A DNA stretch of 64,000 nt, from NCBI RefSeq assembly GCF_001194135.2, contig NC_068984.1, forward strand, positions 44,471,177-44,535,176. The letters are read 5' to 3'. The DNA is from Octopus bimaculoides (Eukaryota). A model generated the notes under the pieces. That model searched no databases, was not told where the DNA came from, and worked only from the letters and a program-made list of their open reading frames with translations. Positions 51,416 to 61,244 of this stretch are shown here, piece after piece (the first letter of the stretch is position 1; each line of letters opens with the position of its first letter). The position numbers were made by a program, and so were the translations under genes.

Positions 51416-54400
51416 TTCTCTCTCATTACCATTTCTGATTTAAAAACTTGATTTGCATAAATAATTTAATATTCAGACCCACTGTGAAGAGTTCCAACTA
51501 AGATCAAAATACATATAATTGGAATTTTATGATTTTAACTATCTTCATTACTTTGAGATGATAGATTAGACACAATTAAATACCTGAATCTTAAAAATTA
51601 CAGCTCTGAAGTAACTATGTTTAACGTATCTCTTCACAAAATAGTAAAAGGGACAGACCAATTAAAATAACACTCACAGAAAGAAGTTTTGGAAGTTTTA
51701 AAAGAAATGAAACAGAAAATAACATTTATAACTTTATTGGGTAGAGAAATGGAGACAGAGAAGAAAAAGCAGAAAGAATTAAAAAAAGAACAAACCAGTT
51801 TTCTGGAAAAAGCAGTGACTTCTTGTAAACAGATCCACTACAAGGGGAAATAATTGTTTCAGTATGAGATGGCTTGCCAGTTTTGTCAATGTTCAAAAGA
51901 CCCACAGATAAACCAAACAACTAAAACAGAAAAAGAAACATTATAAAGTAAAGTTTTAAAGAAAATTTTGTATTTGCAAACATGAATGTGTGATTAAGAT
52001 GTTTGCTTCCCAACTCCATGGTTTAGAGTTCAGTGCCCCTGTGTGGGCAAATGTCTTTACCTCAGGCATTGTCTTCTAAAGCCCCATGCCAGCCAAAGCC
52101 TTGTGAGTGGATTTGGTAGACAGAAACTGAAAGGAGCCCATTGTATATGTGAGTATGTGTTTGTCCTTGTCTTGACTTTGTGCAATAATTGTAAGCAAGC
52201 ATCAATGCTACAGAACAAGTGTCTTTTGTTTCTAATCTTCCATGGAACACGATTGGTTACAGGAAAACATTACCTTACTTGGTAACAGATAAATATTGGC
52301 AACAGAAAAGACAAATTCCATTGGATCCATGCAAGCATAAAAAGTGAGCATCAAAATGCTGCTGTTACTGATAAGATAAGTTGCAACACACTCACTTGCA
52401 ACACACCTTGAATCAAACAACAAAATGCACAGATTAACGCACACATTCTTTCTTTTTGTATTCTTCCCTTTTCCTGCAGTACATGCTCTTTTTGTATGGA
52501 AGTAAGAGATTATTCAATTACAGGAGCAAATGTTTTTTCTTTGGAATATACCACTTCACCACAAAAACGGGTTAAGGGCTTGTTTTCCTTTTGTTTAGTA
52601 TAACAACTGGAGCACAATGGGTTATTCATGCACCTTGCTCAAAAACTTAACACAATGACAATAGTAAGATATGAACTTATGACTAAGTAGTCAATAGTCC
52701 AGCAGCCTAACTGCAGTCATTGTGCCTCAGATTTTACATATATTAATCCATGTGGATCACAAACAGCACTTCAGTAATATACCTCATTAAAAGGAATAAG
52801 AAACCTAATGTTAAATCTCCACTTAAAATTGCTGCATAACTAAATAACTGCACATAAAGAATGGTAGAAGATGTTAGCAATTAACAAATAAAAAGTTTAT
52901 CATATTTACCCTTAGTTGCATGTGTGTGTAACAATTATGCATGAGCTGACTAGAAGGTCCAGCTAGTTTACTGACCAGTCGGACAACGTGCTGAGGATAC
53001 ATAGCTTGATAAAACTGTAACTCAAAACGGGAAGCTGACACTACTACAGCTGGCAGTGAACATGGAGTTGATGACATCTCAGTAGACCGTTTGGTGCTAG
53101 TCTGTAATTCAGAATCAAAATATTAAGTTGAAAACAACACAGGAAAAGAGACGATATATAAGGCTATAATTTTTGAGAATATTAACCTCATCCTAGAGTT
53201 GAAAAATGTTTCCAAAACTTACATTTGCACTAGGTCTAAATCATGAAACATGCGTTTACACAAGATGCACTTGATAAATGAAATTAGTTGACTGCAGGGA
53301 CTGGTCTTCTCAGTCATAAAAAATACCAGCATTACCCAAAAAAAATAGGAAAAGAAGAACAAAATACTTGGATCTCAGAATAGATTACAACGTTTCAGCT
53401 AGAGATGAAACTCATCGAAATGTAGTGTAAATGTAAACATTTTTTTAAATGTTTATTTCTAATAGATGAGGTTAATAGCTTGAAAATATAATTGTTTTAA
53501 AAAACAACTCATCCCACACAGTTAGACATTTAAAAACATGTATTTGAGAAAATGACTGGATATCAAAAGCACTTATAGCACAGGTATGTCATGCTAGAGT
53601 GCAAAGTGAGATATAAAGCACACATGGTAAAGATGTAACAGACATATGGTAAGTATTTGCTTTATGCACATGATAACACAGATTCGATAGAAATGAAAAT
53701 ATTCTGTTTCTGACCAATCTAATATATACCATGATGTGCATGTGGTAGAGTATCAGATAAAATGTTTCACAGATAAAATGTTTCATCAGATAAAATGTTT
53801 ACTTGTCAACATTCTCACTAGGGTCTACTTCTGCTTTTCCATTCATTCCTAGTCCATTAAAATTTTGTAACCTTTTACCAAATGAAAAGAAATTACTACT
53901 AATATTTCTTGCATAGTAGGAGGAAATTTTGCATCCTTCACACTTGTTCTTGAAGACCTCCTCTTTGTCATGGCCTGTTGCTGATCTGATCAGTGGTGAT
54001 CAACTTCATTACTGATTCATGATTGACCCTGATGGATGAAAGGTCAAGCTGACCTCAGGGGTATTGAACTCAGAATGCTAAACAGTATGACTAAATAGAT
54101 ACAAGATATTTTGTCCAACATTTTAAAATTCTGCTAATGAATATATTTATAGTTATTATGGATGACAGAATTAATGTTGCAACTCACTTGCCACATGAAA
54201 TACTTTGATATTTAACATGAGACATATAGAAATATCTTAACTAAACTTTTCTTTTAAATCAACATACATATATAAATACTAATACATATTAAATCACAAT
54301 TTATTTTGCATTAAATTAAATATATATATATAACAATAAAAGAAGTGCATAAATTTCCTGTTCAAATTTTTTCAGGGCTTTGAATCTTATTTTTTAATGT

Positions 54401-57400
54401 AGATGCAAGTTTTCTATAAAAATAATAAAGATAATAAGGCTAAACAAATGAAAGTGAGATGCTTAAAACTATGAATATATTATATTTGAATGTAAGCTTT
54501 TGTTCAGTGGTGTTCAACCATCCCATCTTTGTTAACGATATAAATGCATCCAGACTATATTAACCTAGATATATACATACACATATGTATACACCCGCAG
54601 TACAAATGGGGTGGATCTATAGAGAGAGGGAAGCTGAACATTAGAAGCATCAGTTGTGGCGTGCAAGAGAGACGATTGCGCTGGTATGGACATGTGGTGA
54701 GAATGGAGGAGGATAGCTGCGTGAAAAAGTGCCACACCCTAACAGTTGAGGGAACCCGTGGAAGAGGTAGGCCCAGGAAGACCTGGGCTGAGGTGGTGAG
54801 GCAAGACCTTCGTACATTGGGCCTCACCGAGGCGATGACTACTGACCGAGACCTTTGGAAATGTGCTGTGCGTGAGAAGACCCGGCAAGCCAAGTAAGAT
54901 CGTTGCCAGTGCCCCTGGACTGGTTCTTGTGCGGGTGGCACATGAGATNNNNNNNNNNNNNNNNNNNNNNNNNNNNNNNNNNNNNNNNNNNNNNNNNNNN
55001 NNNNNNNNNNNNNNNNNNNNNNNNNNNNNNNNNNNNNNNNNNNNNNNNNNNNTCGAGCGTGGCCGTTTTCGTGCGGGTGACACGCAAAAGCACCCACTAC
55101 ACTCTGAGTGGTTGGCGTTAGAAAGGGCATCCAGCTGTAGAAACTCTGCCAAATCAGACTGGAGCCTGGTGTTGCCATCCGGTTTCACCAGTCCTCAGTC
55201 AAATCGTCCAACCCATGCTGGCGTGGAAAGCGGACGTTAAACGATGATGATGATGATGATGATGATGATGTATATTTATATATATATATATATATATATG
55301 TCTGTGTCTCATTCTTTTTCTAAGGTTGAGGGTGTGTGATTTGAAAGAGACCATCATTATTGTTCTCATCATCATTTAACAAATGTTTTCTATGCATGAG
55401 TTAGATGGTTTGACAGTATCTGATGAGCTGTAAGGTTACATTGATCTCCAATGTCAGCTTTGGCATGGTTCCTACTGCTGGATGCCTTTCCAAATGTCTA
55501 CCACTTTCCAGTGTGGGCTAGGTGCCTTTTGCCTGCTGTCAGTACTAGTGAGGTCACCATGTAACATGCAAGACAAAATAGTAGAGTAGAAGGAAAAGAA
55601 AAATAATAAAGGGAAAGAAGTCTCCTAGACTAAGCAGGAGGAAAGGATATTGAGGTGGTTGTATGTAAGATGGTGAGGCCCTAAAAAGTATGATAGCGGA
55701 CAGCGCTGGTGCCTTGCTATAGAAGAGATACATGGCTATCCCATATTATATAAGAGTAGGTGGGAGTAGCTGGAAAGAAGACAAGGTGGTGACTTGATGC
55801 CAGAGCATCTCTAGATACAAGGTAGAGTGAAAGGAGAATAGCAGATGGTCAGAAATGGGGGTTGAAGTGTGAGTGACCATGTTGTGGCCTCTAGTGTAGT
55901 GTGTGTTGTGAAGAGAAGACTAAAGATATATGTTAGTATATTTAGTTACATCTCTTACATTAACTGTGCACACAGATGTTTTATTACAAAAATACTTCTA
56001 CTCACCCGGCTACTTCTTGTCGTTTGACGTTTGTGCTTTTGGATAGTTTTCTGGGGGTGCTCAGCTGCAAAAATATATATCTTTGGCTCCAACACAGTTA
56101 CATTGTATGTTCTGATAGGTGTATACTCCTCAAGGTGCTTTACTTGGTCCACCGTCGGCAAAGGACTGTTGTCATTGAGCAATTCTGATCAAAGTGAGCA
56201 AGATAAATTTAAACCAATAAAAAAAATGCAGAGATATTTTCAGTACATATAAAGTATACAATAGACAAGGCAAAGACATGGCTGTGTAGTTAAAAAGTTT
56301 GTTTCCCAACTATATGGTTTCAGGTTCAGTCCTTCTGCACAGGCCTTTAAACCTTAGGTGTAGATTTGTTCGATGGAAATTGAAAGAAGCCATATATATA
56401 ACATGTGTGGTATTTTATGCATTATAAAACATACATGCATTTCATCAAATTACTTTGAAGATAACATAATTTCATATATACATATATACATATATTTATA
56501 TATATATACGGTGTGGTGGAGTTTGTGTGTCCTCTTGTGTTGACATCATTTGATGATTGTAAATGAGTGCTATTGTCACACAAGTGATGTCATTCATTTC
56601 CATTCGTCTGTGAAAAACATGTATGGCCATGGGAAAATAGAACCTTACTTGGAAACAGGTGATGGTTAGTAACAGGAAGGGCATCTGGTCATAGAAAATC
56701 TATCTCAACTCAAACCATGCAAATATGGAAAAGTGGACAGTAACTGATGATGATGAGGAGGACAATGATGATGATTGAAAAGTACAATGAGTGGCAAGCC
56801 TAACACACCACCTGGTACTTGAGTGTGTTTAGAAGAGTTTATTTTGTTGCAATAATTTCAAATATACACTTGGTTCTCTTCCTGCTCATGTTTTTCAGTG
56901 AATATTGACTTGCTAATGAGCACAGTCACACTAATCTCGGGAGCCTGGAAGGGCTTGAAAAAATACAACCATGACAAATATATGAAAACAAATAATGGCT
57001 GTAAATTTAAGATTCTAGACATGTTGATCAAAAGGTTATGGATTCAAACTACAGTTAGTGTGCTATGTCCCTAAACAAGATAAATTTATCAGCCTTATGA
57101 CAGACAAACAAATTCCATGCATACTTCCCAAATAAACGATTAGTGCTAAGAACGACATCTTATTGTAAAAAATAATTGCTTCCACAATATGCAATGCCCA
57201 AATTTTCAAAAACAAAAAATGTTTCATTTATACTGTCTAGAAGAAATATAACAGAAACTGTAAAAAGAAAATGTTATCTACAGTAGATATTACAGAGTTT
57301 GTAATTCTAAAACAAAATTTTCAAAATGGAAAAAAAGTTGGTTGATTTTTCTGGACAGGCAAACATATATTCCTTATTAAAATAGTTATGAGAAAGCAAA

Positions 57401-60400
57401 AGGTCCCAAGGGTAGGATGAGAGAATAAAACTGTAATTCTGCAAAAAGATTGGGAGATGGTTGTGACTGAAATGTTTTTCAAAATGTTGAGCATTAAGGA
57501 ACACAGACAGCATGTCTTCCTTTAAGAAATAGCAGCTAAACCCCAATTTGAAATTAAATTTTTTGTTAATTCATACTACGCTATCTCCATGAAAAGATCA
57601 TTCATAGTTATTGGTATATTTTTGAGGGATAAAATGTTATTAAATTTCATTAACATAATTGTAACTATAACTTAAAACTTAATTCTAACCAATATCCCTA
57701 AATTCTAACTCTAAACCCCAATCCTAAATCCAAACTTCTAAATACTAACCCTAACTCTCATAACTTTATTTACTCATAATTTATTTAATAATGCATATTT
57801 TAGAACAAAGAAGTCAACCAATTTATTTCCCAATCTGAAAATTTTATGTTTTACAGCTTAAACCCCCATATATTTATATGCAACTACAAGACTTTATAAC
57901 CTAAACACTTCAGTTTCAAATAGTTCTTTCTACCTGACTGTAAATAATTCAAAAGAATAGAAACAGTTCACTCTTGCAAGCATTGTAAAACTGACTCTTC
58001 CACAAGGTATAGCTTGCAGTAGTATGAACTCCATTAAATTGAACTGACTGAATATTTCATGTGAATTCTTCAAAGGTTATTTTATGACTGATCGGATAAT
58101 GAGAATTACCACAGAGTTTATAAATGTGCAATAAAAGTATATTTGTAATCCATTGTATCTGTGAAACTGTGCAGAGCAATAACTAAGACTTCAATCATTT
58201 ATACATAACAAATAACCACAAGCAATTGAAGAGAGCCTCTGCATAGTCAATCAACTTGCCAGAAATATCACATAACTCATAATCTATCATCTTAAAAATA
58301 GCTCACACTGAATAAAGTAGTCTTAAATACACTATACTTGAATAAAAGACATAGCAGTCATGGCTGGAGTCTTTAATCATAAGTCTGGACAATCTAAGTT
58401 GAATTAGAGTTAAACAATAACAAGCAGTAGTCTAATCTTTTATGGAAATAAAACAGAATGATGAAGAACTGAAGCAAACAATTGTTAAAGTACCTGTTTT
58501 CGGAAGACTGTAAGGCTCGTATTCATGGTCAGTGGCACAATAAAACACTTTCTGTAAACGATGGACAAAAGAACTGGATACATTGACAATAACAGAACCC
58601 AACAGAAATGTCAGCAGGGCATTCTCACGGATGTTGGCTACATTTTCTGTACTGTTGGCATCACTAGATGTTGAAGATTTGCTACCTACAATAACAATGA
58701 AAGAAATCAATGCTTGATGAATCCATTAACAGTTATTTTATTATATTTTATAATTATATAACATATATCAGCAAAAACATGAAAACATCAGCAAGACAAC
58801 TCATAAACCAATGCTTTCAGCCAAAAATACCTTATGATATTTATCTGCATGAGATGCACAGATATTCCCTTCTCACTTTTGCTCTCAGAAATACAGTGAA
58901 TTAGTGGATGAAACTTCTAACAAACAAAATGAGACATAAACTAATCAAATAACTATTACCAGCTTAATGTTGATCTAACAGCTAATTCCTGTGTTTTCCT
59001 TGAAATATGTACGTATATTGGGTCATCCCATAAATAATGAGGTTTTTTTTTATATTTCTTTTATTTTTCAAAACTAAAATAAACAATGTTCTTTTTTAAT
59101 CTGAAATATACTCTCCTTCATTTTCTACAATGCTTTTCCATCTATGTGGTAGACTTGCAAGGCCTCTCTTCCAAAATTCACTTATCCGTGACGAAAAATA
59201 TTCTTCCGGTACCATTCTGACCAGCAGAGGTATGAGCTTTCTGAACTTTCCCCAGGCTATTCTTATTCTAGCAGCTATGCTCTCAGAACCCCCACCACCA
59301 CCACAAATGACTTGGTCACCTAGGTAACGGAAGCCATCAACTACTTCTAGTTTTTACCCCTGGCATGTGATTTAATGTTTTCTGAACATCTTCAGTGTTT
59401 ATTGCCCCTGTGTATCTGCCACACAAAAAAACTATCTTCCCAGTTAGTCTTCCTTTGATATTACTGCACCTCTTATGTGTCCATAGCTTACACTGTGTAC
59501 ATCTTATGGAGTTTCTACATACACCTTTTCTACAGATCAAGCAGGGCCATCTACCTGTGATTTGTCTGCCTTCCTACTTAGTAAGATTTTGGCTTTTGCT
59601 AGATTGACTTTAAATTCCTTCAATTCCAGATCTTGCTTTCACACCTGATACTTCTCTAGTTCTGGTAGTAACTCAGCTACCAGAGCAAGGTCATCAGCAT
59701 AGAGGAGCTACTTACCACACAGCCACTCCTACGCCAGTGTCGTCTGTAATTTCTATAGAAAATCTGTAGAGATAACCCTAACAAGTGATTTAATAGCACT
59801 GCTAACACAGCATGACATGGTATTGACTTATAAAAATGTTTAATATACTTTGTGGTATATTATGGTTGCATAACAAAATACTATGTCCCTACAAGTCATT
59901 AATCTTTCTTTACTGGGATTCTGTAGACCTGTTTTTTATCTGTGCTCACTGATAACATGAATTAACACCGAAGAATAATAGTCGTTAACCGTTCACTGAT
60001 AGTGTGAAGCAACATTCAGTAATTGTAGGTTGTTCACTGATAACACATGGAAGAACATTTTCACAAACAAAAAGTTTGGTTTCAGTCAGTTAATGGTTTA
60101 GACAATAAAGCTGTTCCCTAATACTATATAGACTCACAGTGGAGGCGCAATGGCCCAGTGGTTAGGGCAGCGGACTCGCGGTTTCGATTCCCAGACCGGG
60201 TGTTGTGAGTGTTTATTGAGTGAAAACACCTAAAGCTCCACGATGGTGGCGAACCCTGCTGTACTCTTTCACCACAACTTTCTCTCACTCTTACTTCCTG
60301 TTTCTGTTGTGCCTGTAATTCAAAGGGTCAGCCTTGTCACACTGTGTCACGCTGAATATCCTCAAGAACTACATTAAGGGTACACATGTCTGTGGAGTGC

Positions 60401-61168
60401 TCAGCCACTTGCACGTTAATTTCATGAGCAGGCTGTTCCGTTGATCGGATCAACTGGAACCCTCGACGTCGTAAAGCGACGGAGTGCCAACAACATAGAC
60501 TCACAATGAAATACAGCTCCTGCATCTGAGACAGTGCAGCTGCTAACACAAACAAATATGCAAAAGAAAGCCTCCCAAACCATTGACATGGAATCACTAT
60601 CAACACACTTCAATCATTTAACATCACAGATGTGCAGTCTCCTCATTTTGCCCTTTCTACCACTACTATAATAGCACATCTCACATCTGCTAGTACTTAT
60701 ATTCATATCATTTCCCTACCACCCACACCTGTGCCACACTAATCACTTTAACCAATCCTTCCTTCCCAGAGCATCATCCTTCTAGAATTCCCTACTCATC
60801 CTATTCCTTTTCTAACATGACCATCCCCAGCAGTCTTGAGAAACCTGCAAAAGTTACAGGCTCAGACACTTACTCCTGAATAAATCATTAAAATAAAACG
60901 AAAAAAGTTCAATTTACTGACCTGCTTTCCGTTCTGGTTCAATTACAGTATAAAGGTAGTCGAACCAAAAGAGACCAAACTTTTGCATTCCATACTGTTC
61001 CGTGTAGACTTCAACATGTTTATCAAAATCAGTTATAAAGGATGGTGTTTGAAGAACATTCTCAGCACAGGCGATATCAAACAATGAATTGGTTAGGTAA
61101 CAAAGGGATCCATCGTTATCAATAGATTCACCTCCTTTCATGAGCGTTAGAGACTACAGAAGAAGATG

Positions 61169-61244
<76 letters not shown>

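Noticed and set aside
61134-61153. Alternative exon 1/2 junction using a GTCCGT donor at 62894-62899 and an AAG acceptor at 61135
   Set aside because: The GTAAGT donor at 62853-62858 and the first AG at 61154-61155 give matching phase and a length consistent with the recalled human protein.
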